Shown: piece by piece, positions 19,037 through 27,538 of the stretch
How the letters are laid out: each line of letters begins with the position of its first letter
Numbering within the stretch: the first letter of the stretch is position 1
Assembly (NCBI GenBank): GCA_963842085.1
Contig: CAWJET010000002.1
Location: forward strand, 288,001-352,000
DNA: 64,000 bases
DNA from: an uncultured delta proteobacterium
GTDB lineage: Bacteria; Desulfobacterota; Binatia; Binatales; Binataceae
Direction of reading: 5' to 3'
Notes under the pieces: model-generated
Told to the model about the DNA's origin: nothing
Database searches by the model: none
The model's input: the letters and a program-made list of their open reading frames with translations, nothing else
Position numbers and translations under genes: made by a program

Positions 19037-19792
19037 TCAACTCGCGATCCAACCGCCGTCGATAATGAATGGCGCTCCGGTTGCGAAGGGCGCCTCGTCG
19101 CTGGCGAGGAACAGCGCGGTGTGCGCGATTTCGTCGGCGCTGCCGACGCGGCCCAGCACCGAGCTGCGCTGGATGAACTTCGGCTGCAATCCCTCGGGCC
19201 CGGTGATTCGATCCACCATCGGGGTGTGGATTACTCCCGGGCAGATGCAGTTGACGCGAACGTTATAGCGCCCGTACTCGAGCGCCGCGACCCGTGTCAG
19301 CGAAATCACGCCGGCTTTGGCCGCGCAGTATGCGCTCGCGCCCTTGAGCCCGACGATTCCCGCGACTGACGCGGTGTTGATCACGGCGCCGCCGCTGCGT
19401 TCGACGATCCTGGGCAGTCCGTATTTCATTCCGAGCCATACGCCGCGCAGGTTGATTGCTATCACGCGGTCGAATGCCTCTTCGCTGAGCTGCGCGAGGA
19501 AGCCCGACTCGCCTTCGATTCCCGCGTTGTTGTAGAGCACGTCGAGCCCGCCGAACGCGCGGACTGTCTCCTCGACCATCGCGCGCGCATCCTCCGAGTC
19601 GGACACGTCGGCGCGCAACGAGATCGCTTCGCCGCCGGCCGCTTTGATCATCCGCGCGGTCTCGGCCGCGGACGTCTCCGTTACGTCGATCGCCGCGACT
19701 TTTGCGCCTTCGCGTGCGAACAACACGGAGGCCGCTCGTCCCATTCCAGAGCCAGCGCCGGTGATCAGCGCAACTTTTCCCTGAAGTCTCAT
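19037..19792 (-). CDS. SDR family oxidoreductase
   Basis: TGAGSGMG, NNAG, YCAAK, RVNCICPG, IDGG. Confidence 0.92.
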   Translation of the reverse strand: MRLQGKVALITGAGSGMGRAASVLFAREGAKVAAIDVTETSAAETARMIKAAGGEAISLRADVSDSEDARAMVEETVRAFGGLDVLYNNAGIEGESGFLAQLSEEAFDRVIAINLRGVWLGMKYGLPRIVERSGGAVINTASVAGIVGLKGASAYCAAKAGVISLTRVAALEYGRYNVRVNCICPGVIHTPMVDRITGPEGLQPKFIQRSSVLGRVGSADEIAHTALFLASDEAPFATGAPFIIDGGWIAS

Positions 19793-19873
19793 TGGATGCT
19801 CCCGAAGACCATTTGCTCCGAGATTAGCGCATTTCTGCGCGATGCAGTTAGTTGTCCCGGATCACTTTATTTG

Positions 19874-19938
19874 ATGTGAAACCCACCCTGGGTCTCACGC
19901 GTCCTGGGGCAGAGGTGACCCCTGCACCCAGTGTTAGG
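19874..19938. repeat. Repeat family A, full copy
   Basis: ATGTGAAACCC..GGGTCTCACGC...GCAGAGGTGACCCCTGCAC, colinear with 674-727. Confidence 0.75.
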
Positions 19939-20057
19939 ACGGGATGCGGGACGTCGTCGCTGTTTGGAAGTTCACGGGGGGAGCTGGAAATGCGAGACGG
20001 AGTCGCAGCCTGGTGGCCACGACTCCGCCTGGTTGATGGAGTTGCCGAACTAAAGTT

Positions 20058-20603
20058 CTACTCTGTCGGTGCTGAATCGCTGGGGCTGTTGCCTTGCGCG
20101 AACAGGGCGTGCAGCTCGGCGTGAATCTGGTCGAGCTTGGCCTTGGTCGCGGCGATTTGCGTGAGCTGAGCCGGCGTCAGCACGTTGCGGATGGCGATCG
20201 CGTCCTGAATCTGCTCGTTCGTCATCTGGCTCTGTATCTGGGTGAGCTGCGAAACCGGGCTGGACAAGTCGGCCGCGGCTACCGCGCCGGTTGACGTGAA
20301 CTTGGCCGCGATTGCTTCCTTGGCGGTCTTGAGCTGCTGGTACTCTGCTTTCCGCGAAGCCCATCGGGCCTTGAAGATCGCATGAATCTGCTGCCTCTGC
20401 GCGTCAGTCAGGTTGGCGGTTTTCAGCAAGAGCGGAAGCGGGAGGCCGAGCGCGTCCATGCCGCCGTGCATGCCGTGAAAACCGCGATGCCCCATCGGGC
20501 CGCCCATACCGCCCGAGTTCGATGAAGCGACATGTGCGACCGCAGCGACCAGCAGGACTGCCATAACTACGGGGACGATACCGCGAGAGAACTTCGAAAC
20601 CAT
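20058..20603 (-). CDS. Spy/CpxP-family periplasmic protein
   Basis: Signal peptide, Gly/Met/His-rich linker, LTDAQ and LTPAQ (LTxxQ) motifs; AAGGAG SD before ATG at 20603. Confidence 0.82.
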   Translation of the reverse strand: MVSKFSRGIVPVVMAVLLVAAVAHVASSNSGGMGGPMGHRGFHGMHGGMDALGLPLPLLLKTANLTDAQRQQIHAIFKARWASRKAEYQQLKTAKEAIAAKFTSTGAVAAADLSSPVSQLTQIQSQMTNEQIQDAIAIRNVLTPAQLTQIAATKAKLDQIHAELHALFAQGNSPSDSAPTE

Positions 20604-20799
20604 ATAAACTCCTTGGATGTGGAACACCACCTTCATTGGCGGCGCTCGCTCTTATTCTTAATGTACGTTAACCGAAAAATCCGGTTACGCGCCGGGTTTC
20701 CCGCGCCGACTGACTTCGGCGGCTTGCCATCAGTCGGTTCTCATCGGCGAACGTGATGCCGCCCTCCTCCAACATCGATTGGTACGTGAAATCGCGCGC

Positions 20800-23700
20800 T
20801 TAACGAAAATCGTGCGAGGGCGGGACCGTGCCGGGAATCTTAATCTCCTCGAAGCGCCGCGCGCGAATCGCGGTCACGCCGTCGACCCTTTGCAGTACGC
20901 CCTCGGCCAGCAGGATTCCGGCGCTGCGCAGCAGCAGGCGATGTTTCTGAAACAAGTCGGGCGTGACGATCAGGTTGGCGATTCCGGTTTCGTCCTCTAG
21001 CGTGATGAACAGAAAGCCCTTGGCCGTGCCGGGGCGTTGGCGCACGATTACGACGCCGGCGGTCTTCACCCACGACTGATGATTGGCGCGCGTGAGCGCG
21101 TCGGCGCTCAGGATTCCGCGCGCGGTCAAATCTCCGCGCAGATAGGTCATCAGATGAGGCCCCGTCGTGAGGCCGGTCGCCGCGTAATCTGCGAGCGTCT
21201 CATCGATCGGCGCCATCGTTGCCAGCGGAACTTCACCATCGCGCGGCCTCACACCCGCCAGCAGACTCTTTGGATCACGCTCGACGGCGGCCGCATTCCA
21301 CATCGCGTCGCGCCGCGCCAGGCCGAAGGATGCGAACGCGCCTGCGTAGGCAAGCGCATCGAGCTCGCGCCGGTTCGGTCCGACGCGCGCGGTGAGATCG
21401 GCAATCGAATCGAACTGTCGCCGCGCGCGCTCGCTTTCGATTTGAAGTCCGACTTCCTCGCGCAGGCCGGTGACGTATCGCAGTCCCATGCGCGTCGCGG
21501 GATGGCCATCAATAACTTCGATGATGCATTTCCAGCTCGAGCGGGTCACGTCGATTGGCAGCACGACGACAGCGTGACGCGCGGCATCTTTCACCAGCGT
21601 CGAGGGATGGTAGAAGCCGAGCGGGTAGCAATTCAGCATCGCGGCCAGGAACGCCGCCGGATGATGGTACTTCAGGTACGCCGACGCGTACGCGATCAGC
21701 GCGAAGCTCGCGGCGTGCGATTCGGGGAATCCATACAGCGCAAACGACGTGATCGAGCGCACGATGTCGTCGGCGACGTTGCCTTGCAGGCCGTTGCGCA
21801 ACATCCCGGCGCGCAGCCGCGCTTCGATTTTCTCCATCCGCTCGGCAGAGCGCTTGAATCCCATCGCGCGGCGCAGTTCCTCGGCCTCGCCGCCGCTGAA
21901 TCCCGCCACCGTCATCGCCATTCGCAACAACTGCTCCTGGAAAAGCGGGACGCCGAGCGTGCGCTTCAGGATCGGCTCGAGCGAAGGATGCGGATACTCG
22001 ACGGGCGCGCGACCGTTGCGGCGATCGAGATAGGGATGCACCATTTTGCCGACGATGGGGCCGGGGCGGATGATCGCGACCTCGACCACCAAATCGTAAA
22101 ATCGCTCCGGCTTCATCCGCGGCAGCGTCGCCATCTGCGCGCGGCTCTCGACCTGGAAAACGCCGACGGTATCGGCGCGCCGCAGCATCGCATACACGCC
22201 GGGATCGTCGGGCGGAATATGCGCGAGATCGATTTCGACGCCCTCGTGCGCTCGGATCATCGGAATCGCCTCTTTCAGCGCGGCCAGCATCCCGAGTCCG
22301 AGCAGATCGATCTTGATTATGCCAAGATCGGCGCAGTCGTCCTTGTCCCATTGAATCACCACGCGGCCGGGCATCGAGGCCGGCTCGAGCGGCACGATTT
22401 CGTCGAGCGGCTGCGCGGCGATCACCATGCCGCCGCTATGCTGCCCGAGATGGCGCGGCACGCTCTGAATCTTGCGCACCAGCTCGACCAGCATCCTGAT
22501 TCGCGGCGCTTCCGCATCGACGCCGCCGCGCTTGAGCAGCGACACGAGATCGTCATGATGGTCGCGGAACTCGTACACCTGGTTGAGCTTGGCCAGCCGG
22601 TCAACCTGTTCGGGCGAAAAGCCGAGGGTCTTGCCGACTTCGCGCACCGCGCTTTTGGTGCGATAGGTGATCACGTTCGCGGTCATCGCGGCCCCACGTT
22701 CGCCGTAGCGGCGATAAACGTATTGAATCGCCATCTCGCGATCGTCGCCGCTGGGCAGATCAAGATCGATGTCGGGCCATTCGCCGCGCTCTTCGGAAAG
22801 AAAGCGCTCGAACAGGAGTTCCATCTTGACCGCGTCCACCGCCGTGATCCCGAGCGCATAGCACACCGCGCTGTTGGCCGCGGAGCCGCGTCCCTGCACC
22901 ATGATCCGATTTTCGCGGCAGAACTGGACAATGTCCCATACGATCAGGAAGTAGCCGGCGAGCTTGAGCCGCTCGATGACCGCGAGCTCATGTTCGAGCT
23001 GGCGGTGCGTGCGAGCGTCGATCGCGCCGCGCCATCGCTCTCTCGCGCCGGCATAGGTGAGAACCCGCAAATAGCTGTCGGGCGTTTCTCCCGGTGGGAG
23101 CGGATAGTCGGGAAAGCGATAGCCCATGTCGCAGAGCTGGAAAGCGCATCGCTCGGCTATCGCGCGCGAGGTGGCGACGGCGCCGGGCAGCTCGCGAAAC
23201 AGCGCGGCCATCTCAGCCGGCGATTTCAGATGGCGCTGGCTGTTGATCCAGAGCGCGCGGCCGGCTTCCTCGAGCGTGGTCTTGAGCCGGATGCAGGTCA
23301 GCACGTCGAGCAATTTGCGATCCGAGCCGCCGTGGCATACGTCGTTGGTCGCGACCACCGGGATTCGCGCCGCGCCCGCAAGCGCTGCGAACTTGCGGTT
23401 AAGGCGCTCCTCGCCGGCGTCGAGATGCCGCTGCAAATCGATGTAGAAATTTCCCGCGCCGAAAATCCTCTCGAGCCGCCGGCTCAGCTCGACGGGATCC
23501 TCGCCGCGAACGAGCATGCGTGACAGCGGGCTCATCGCGCCGCCGGCAAGGCAGATGAGTCCGCGGCCGTAGCGTTCGAGTTCGTCCAGCGTAATGTGGC
23601 TCTCGCCTTTCGCGGGATAAACCGGCGGAGCAACAGAGCCGTCGCGTGCGAGCGCGCCGGGATTCAGGACGCGCATCTTCGCGTCGGTGATCATGCGGCA

Positions 23701-23970
23701 GAGATTCTGGTAGCGCTGGCGATCGGGCACGAGGACGTAGAGCCGCGAGTCGTCGTCCAGCGTCAGTTCCGCGCCCACGATTTGCCGGATTCCCGCGGCC
23801 TTCGCGGCCTGATAAAAGCGCGGTGCGCCGTAAAGTCCGTCGCGATCGCCAAGCGCCATCGCGCCATAGCCAAGTTCGGCCGCGCGCGCCGCGAGATCCT
23901 CGGGCGTACTCGCACCTTCAAGAAAGCTGAACGCGCTGCGCGCGCGCAGCTCGATGTAATCGGAGTTCAT
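20800..23970 (-). CDS. dnaE2: Error-prone DNA polymerase III alpha (ImuC/DnaE2)
   Basis: SAFSFLEGAS PHP start, GRGSAANS, PDIDLD, HSGG, FQVESRAQ, YGFPESHA, RQRPGTAKG and C-terminal SHDFR. Confidence 0.96.
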   Translation of the reverse strand: MNSDYIELRARSAFSFLEGASTPEDLAARAAELGYGAMALGDRDGLYGAPRFYQAAKAAGIRQIVGAELTLDDDSRLYVLVPDRQRYQNLCRMITDAKMRVLNPGALARDGSVAPPVYPAKGESHITLDELERYGRGLICLAGGAMSPLSRMLVRGEDPVELSRRLERIFGAGNFYIDLQRHLDAGEERLNRKFAALAGAARIPVVATNDVCHGGSDRKLLDVLTCIRLKTTLEEAGRALWINSQRHLKSPAEMAALFRELPGAVATSRAIAERCAFQLCDMGYRFPDYPLPPGETPDSYLRVLTYAGARERWRGAIDARTHRQLEHELAVIERLKLAGYFLIVWDIVQFCRENRIMVQGRGSAANSAVCYALGITAVDAVKMELLFERFLSEERGEWPDIDLDLPSGDDREMAIQYVYRRYGERGAAMTANVITYRTKSAVREVGKTLGFSPEQVDRLAKLNQVYEFRDHHDDLVSLLKRGGVDAEAPRIRMLVELVRKIQSVPRHLGQHSGGMVIAAQPLDEIVPLEPASMPGRVVIQWDKDDCADLGIIKIDLLGLGMLAALKEAIPMIRAHEGVEIDLAHIPPDDPGVYAMLRRADTVGVFQVESRAQMATLPRMKPERFYDLVVEVAIIRPGPIVGKMVHPYLDRRNGRAPVEYPHPSLEPILKRTLGVPLFQEQLLRMAMTVAGFSGGEAEELRRAMGFKRSAERMEKIEARLRAGMLRNGLQGNVADDIVRSITSFALYGFPESHAASFALIAYASAYLKYHHPAAFLAAMLNCYPLGFYHPSTLVKDAARHAVVVLPIDVTRSSWKCIIEVIDGHPATRMGLRYVTGLREEVGLQIESERARRQFDSIADLTARVGPNRRELDALAYAGAFASFGLARRDAMWNAAAVERDPKSLLAGVRPRDGEVPLATMAPIDETLADYAATGLTTGPHLMTYLRGDLTARGILSADALTRANHQSWVKTAGVVIVRQRPGTAKGFLFITLEDETGIANLIVTPDLFQKHRLLLRSAGILLAEGVLQRVDGVTAIRARRFEEIKIPGTVPPSHDFR

Positions 23971-24013
23971 GCTGATGCGTTCGAGGCAACGCCCTTATCG
24001 ATCAGCCTGGGTA

Positions 24014-24310
24014 TTATTTGCCTGAGTGGTGAGCGCGTCCTTGGCCTGAGCGAGGTGCTTTTCGCGGCCGGAGTGATGCTTCGAGGGTCTGCCGGATGTA
24101 GCGCTGGTACGGGATACCGCGGCGATGCGCGACGGCACGGACCGCGTTCAGGAGTTCTTCAGAGATTCGAAGATTGACCGACTTTTGTTTGGGCCTGAAC
24201 TCGAACTGAAATGGCGCGAAGTTTTCGGCGCTGATGTAGTCGGACAAATCCTGGTCAAGGAAGTTTTCCGCTTCCCTATCGGTTTTGAACACGGGCAATT
24301 TCTTGTTCAT
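24014..24310 (-). CDS. CopG/BrnA-type ribbon-helix-helix antitoxin
   Basis: LPVFKTD.EAE.FL..DLSDY, K..VNLRI..LL..V...A...GIPYQRYIR; overlaps the toxin gene by 35 nt. Confidence 0.85.
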   Translation of the reverse strand: MNKKLPVFKTDREAENFLDQDLSDYISAENFAPFQFEFRPKQKSVNLRISEELLNAVRAVAHRRGIPYQRYIRQTLEASLRPRKAPRSGQGRAHHSGK

Positions 24311-24596
24311 ATTTTTTAATCTCCTTCCTATGCATGTAGCGTGCGCTTATGGGCCGTATGAAGATTCCGCCGCGTGTTTGCCTCGGCGTGAAAACGACAA
24401 AGGCGTATCGCCCTTCTTCCGTCCGCCCGATCGCCAAAAAACGCGGCTCCGCGCGCGAATTCTTGAGGTCGGGCACAATCAGGGTCGCCGCGTGAACGAG
24501 AACGTGCTCCACTTCAGCGACCGAAACGCCATGTTTCTGACACTTCGAGCGGTTGGCGTTGTCCCATGCAAATCCTGAAAAAGTGACCTTCTGCAT
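24276..24596 (-). CDS. BrnT-family ribonuclease toxin
   Basis: FAWD..N..K..KHGV...E, E.RF.AIG, VVFT.R, IRPISAR. Confidence 0.88.
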   Translation of the reverse strand: MQKVTFSGFAWDNANRSKCQKHGVSVAEVEHVLVHAATLIVPDLKNSRAEPRFLAIGRTEEGRYAFVVFTPRQTRGGIFIRPISARYMHRKEIKKYEQEIARVQNR

Positions 24597-24607
24597 CCGT
24601 TGGTCTC

Positions 24608-24637
24608 AGTGTAGGCTAATGCCTATACAAATGCCAA
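24608..24637 (-). promoter_or_regulatory. Candidate TA promoter (TTGGCA-N18-TACACT) overlapping an inverted repeat operator
   Basis: TAGGC-taat-GCCTA palindrome at 24612-24625 overlapping the -10 element and spacer. Confidence 0.45.
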
Positions 24638-24653
24638 TGCACCTTGGCGACAA

Positions 24654-26378
24654 TCAGTCGTAGGCGCCGTCGAGAAACCACTTGTGCGAGTGCAGGTCGC
24701 GGAAGACGCGGTATACGCCGCCGTCTTCGAGCGCGAGTTCGTAGTAATCGCGGATGAAGCCGCATTTATCCGCGCCATTTATTTCAATTCTCGCAGCGCT
24801 TCCGTTTGCGCCATTGAGATGCGGGGCGGGCGAGGGCGCCGGCATGAGCGCGGACAGTGCCTTCAGATTTTCTGCGGATACCTGGCGCGGATGTGCTCCG
24901 AACATGCGCCCGTCATGTAGCTCCAGCCCCCGCTGCGGTGCGGAATTTTGTTTATCGGATGAATCCGCGTGCGCATCCGCGTCAGCGGTGCATCCAAGCC
25001 ACCATTCGCCGTCGCGCCGCCACGGCCCGGCGATGGAGATGACGCGCGCGCCAAGATTATCGCCGCGGACGAACTCCGGAATCTCCCGCGAGCACATCAC
25101 CTCGATCTCGCGCGCCGGACGAATCGCGCGTATCACGAGCTGCGTCACATTCTTCGCCGCCGCATTTTCGGGGAGTGGCGGCGCGGCGGGCGGTGCGAAT
25201 GGATCGAGCCGCGTCGCTTCGGGCCGATGCGAATTTTCCGCCCTCAGCATGCCGACGTTGCCGGGGCCGCATAGCGCCGCCAGCCGTGCAATCGTGGTCT
25301 GCAGCTTGTCAGGCGCCGGACAGGGAGGCAGGAACATGTCGGTCTGCGCTGGTCGTGGGACGCGCGGTGCGATCTCGATTCGAATCGATTCGACGGCGGC
25401 CTCGGGCGGCTCCGCTTCAAGACTCAGGTTGATGAGCGTGAGAATCGCGCGGACGTCGTTGGACGGCGCCGCCACCGCGACCCGCCGATTGAAACTGCGA
25501 TGACCGCTCATCCCGAATGCGAGCGTGATATCGCCGGCGACCATGCCGCGTAGCGAAAGCCGCTCGGCCAGCCGCTCGAGCATCGCGCGCATGACGAATC
25601 CCAGCGCCTCCAGGAGCTCGATGCCGTATTCAAGCTCGACGGTCTCGACAAACAACTCGGTGCGGCGGCGCGGTACGAGCGGCGCATGGCTTCCACCGCG
25701 CGCAAGGCGGACCAGCTCGACGCCGCGCCGTCCCAGCCGCGTGCCGACCGCGTCGGGATTGAGGCGCGCCAGCTCGCCCAGGCGCCGCATCCCCCACCGC
25801 GCGAGCGTGGTCTCCAGGTCGTCGCCGCGATCCGATTTCCCGAGGCTAAGCATGTCGAGCGGCAGCCAGTTCAGGAATTCGCGCTCGCGACCGGTTTCGA
25901 TCACGCGCACGCCGCCGCATCGCGCGGCCAGATGTGCCAGTTCCTTGTTGGCCGCGACGCCGGCGGCGGGCTCCATCCCGACTCGGCGCACGCATCGCAC
26001 CAGCTCGGCGGTGATCTCTTCTTCGCCATTGTAGATGCGATGCAGGCCGGCGAGATCTACCCACACGCATCCCGGCGCGCCCGACTCGACGACCGGCGAA
26101 ACCGATTCGACCGCATCGAGCAGGGCGGAATGCGCCGAGCTTTCCGCGGCGGGCGAGCGATGGACCACGACCAGGTCCGACGAGATCGCCCGCGCCTGCG
26201 CGATCGTCATGCCGGGGCGGATTCCAAGTTCACGCGCGCGCGGCGAAATGGCGTCGAGCTCGGCATGCGGCGCGAGGCTGCGGCCGATAGCCAGCACCTT
26301 GTCCGCGAGCGCGGGATTCGAGCGCACGAGCGCCGCAATAGAAAAGTCGGCGACCATGATGCACGCGATACGAGCCAT
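24654..26378 (-). CDS. imuB: ImuB, Y-family DNA polymerase-like protein
   Basis: A..LGI.PGMT..QA, SP.VE, QTDMF clamp-binding-like motif, C-terminal GPWR..GEWW...RDYY...G.YD; position between imuA and dnaE2. Confidence 0.9.
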   Translation of the reverse strand: MARIACIMVADFSIAALVRSNPALADKVLAIGRSLAPHAELDAISPRARELGIRPGMTIAQARAISSDLVVVHRSPAAESSAHSALLDAVESVSPVVESGAPGCVWVDLAGLHRIYNGEEEITAELVRCVRRVGMEPAAGVAANKELAHLAARCGGVRVIETGREREFLNWLPLDMLSLGKSDRGDDLETTLARWGMRRLGELARLNPDAVGTRLGRRGVELVRLARGGSHAPLVPRRRTELFVETVELEYGIELLEALGFVMRAMLERLAERLSLRGMVAGDITLAFGMSGHRSFNRRVAVAAPSNDVRAILTLINLSLEAEPPEAAVESIRIEIAPRVPRPAQTDMFLPPCPAPDKLQTTIARLAALCGPGNVGMLRAENSHRPEATRLDPFAPPAAPPLPENAAAKNVTQLVIRAIRPAREIEVMCSREIPEFVRGDNLGARVISIAGPWRRDGEWWLGCTADADAHADSSDKQNSAPQRGLELHDGRMFGAHPRQVSAENLKALSALMPAPSPAPHLNGANGSAARIEINGADKCGFIRDYYELALEDGGVYRVFRDLHSHKWFLDGAYD

Positions 26379-26390
26379 CGGGACACCGTG

Positions 26391-27317
26391 CTAGCTGCTT
26401 GCGGAAACTCGAACCTGCGGAGTTCCTTTTGTCATTCTGAGCGCAGCGAAGAATCCCGGATCGCGGTGCTCGTCTATGCACTCCTGCCGGGGGTTTTCGC
26501 TGCGCAGGGAATTTGGAGCTTGAATTGGATCGACGAGCGCGCGAACGCGAACGCGCCGCCCCGTCCCGCCCATCTTGTTGCGCGCGACCATCGCGTCCAC
26601 CGCCAGTCCGTCGAACATCACCGGTGAGCCGGGAGCGAGCCGGCTGAACGACGTCTCAGCGCGGCTGGCGGACAGGCTCAGCGCGGCGAACGTCCCGCAC
26701 ATCCGCCACGGCGCGATCGCGATCACGGCGGCGCCGCTGCGTTCGGCCGCGCGCGCGATTCGCAGCGCCAACGCCTGAGCGAGTGCGCGGGGCGCCTCGC
26801 CGAAATCGACGACGACCAGGCCAAAGCCGCCGGCCTCGAGCACGAGTTCCGCGGCTTTGACGATTGCGGATTGACGGCGCGCGAGCGGGCCAACTGCGAC
26901 GCGGGCGTGCGGGAGAGTCACACGCGTAATCCGCGACGCTGTCGTCGTCTTCATCGACGCCCACAGCATCCGGCGAAGCTCGACTCCGGCAGCCGCCATG
27001 CTCTCGGGGTCGAAGGCGCTCGAGGCGTCGAGCCATGCGGCGACCTCGCCGCGACGGGTAGCGAATGCGGCGAACGATGCGGCAATCGAGGTCTTGCCCG
27101 AACCGGCGCGGCCCGTAATTTCGCTGATTCGCCCGCGCGGAATCCCGCCGTCAATCAGGGCGTCGAGCTGTGCGAGTCCGGAGCTTAGGCGGCGGTCCTT
27201 GCGAGTGAGTTCATAGCCACGAAAAACCCCTGAAAATTCAAGCAGTTGTGGCCGTCTGACGACCTGAATCAGGTTTGAAGAGTCGCTCCATGAGGAAGGT
27301 TTTGGAAGAGCAGCCAC
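26391..27317 (-). CDS. imuA: ImuA/RecA-like protein
   Basis: SSGL..LD...GG.PRGRISEITG..GSGKT Walker A, AELVLEAGGFGLVVVD; start uncertain (GTG 27317 or TTG 27353). Confidence 0.85.
   Translation of the reverse strand: MAALPKPSSWSDSSNLIQVVRRPQLLEFSGVFRGYELTRKDRRLSSGLAQLDALIDGGIPRGRISEITGRAGSGKTSIAASFAAFATRRGEVAAWLDASSAFDPESMAAAGVELRRMLWASMKTTTASRITRVTLPHARVAVGPLARRQSAIVKAAELVLEAGGFGLVVVDFGEAPRALAQALALRIARAAERSGAAVIAIAPWRMCGTFAALSLSASRAETSFSRLAPGSPVMFDGLAVDAMVARNKMGGTGRRVRVRALVDPIQAPNSLRSENPRQECIDEHRDPGFFAALRMTKGTPQVRVSASS
26431..26512. repeat. REP-like family B doublet inside the imuA 3' end
   Basis: GTCATTCTGAGCGCAGCGAAGAATCCCGG plus degenerate inverted copy CCGGGGGTTTTCGCTGCGCAGGGAAT. Confidence 0.75.
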
Positions 27318-27327
27318 AAGATACGTT

Positions 27328-27343
27328 TTCGCTCTTTCTTCGC
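27328..27343. promoter_or_regulatory. Candidate SOS operator, direct repeat TTCGC-N6-TTCGC
   Basis: 11-bp-period direct repeat immediately upstream of imuA, same geometry as GTTC-N7-GTTC LexA boxes. Confidence 0.4.
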
Positions 27344-27476
27344 CATAAGTCAACGGGGATTATCCGGTGTTTGACACCGGCCTTCTCAAAATCCCCAAGT
27401 CAACTACTCGACAATCACCATAGCGTACGCATAGCAAGCCAAATCCCGCGGGGTCAGGCTGAATAGTTCCAAACCC

Positions 27477-27500
27477 TTTCATCGAAACTGAATCAGTGCC
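27477..27500 (+). repeat. 24-bp direct repeat, left copy (TTTCATCGAAACTGAATCAGTGCC)
   Basis: Matches 28360-28383 at 22 of 24 positions. Confidence 0.75.
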
Positions 27501-27538
27501 GACAAGACGTTTACTGCTCGATCACGCCGGGCTGAAAT

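Noticed and set aside
21037-23523. 828-aa plus-strand ORF
   Set aside because: Antisense shadow of dnaE2
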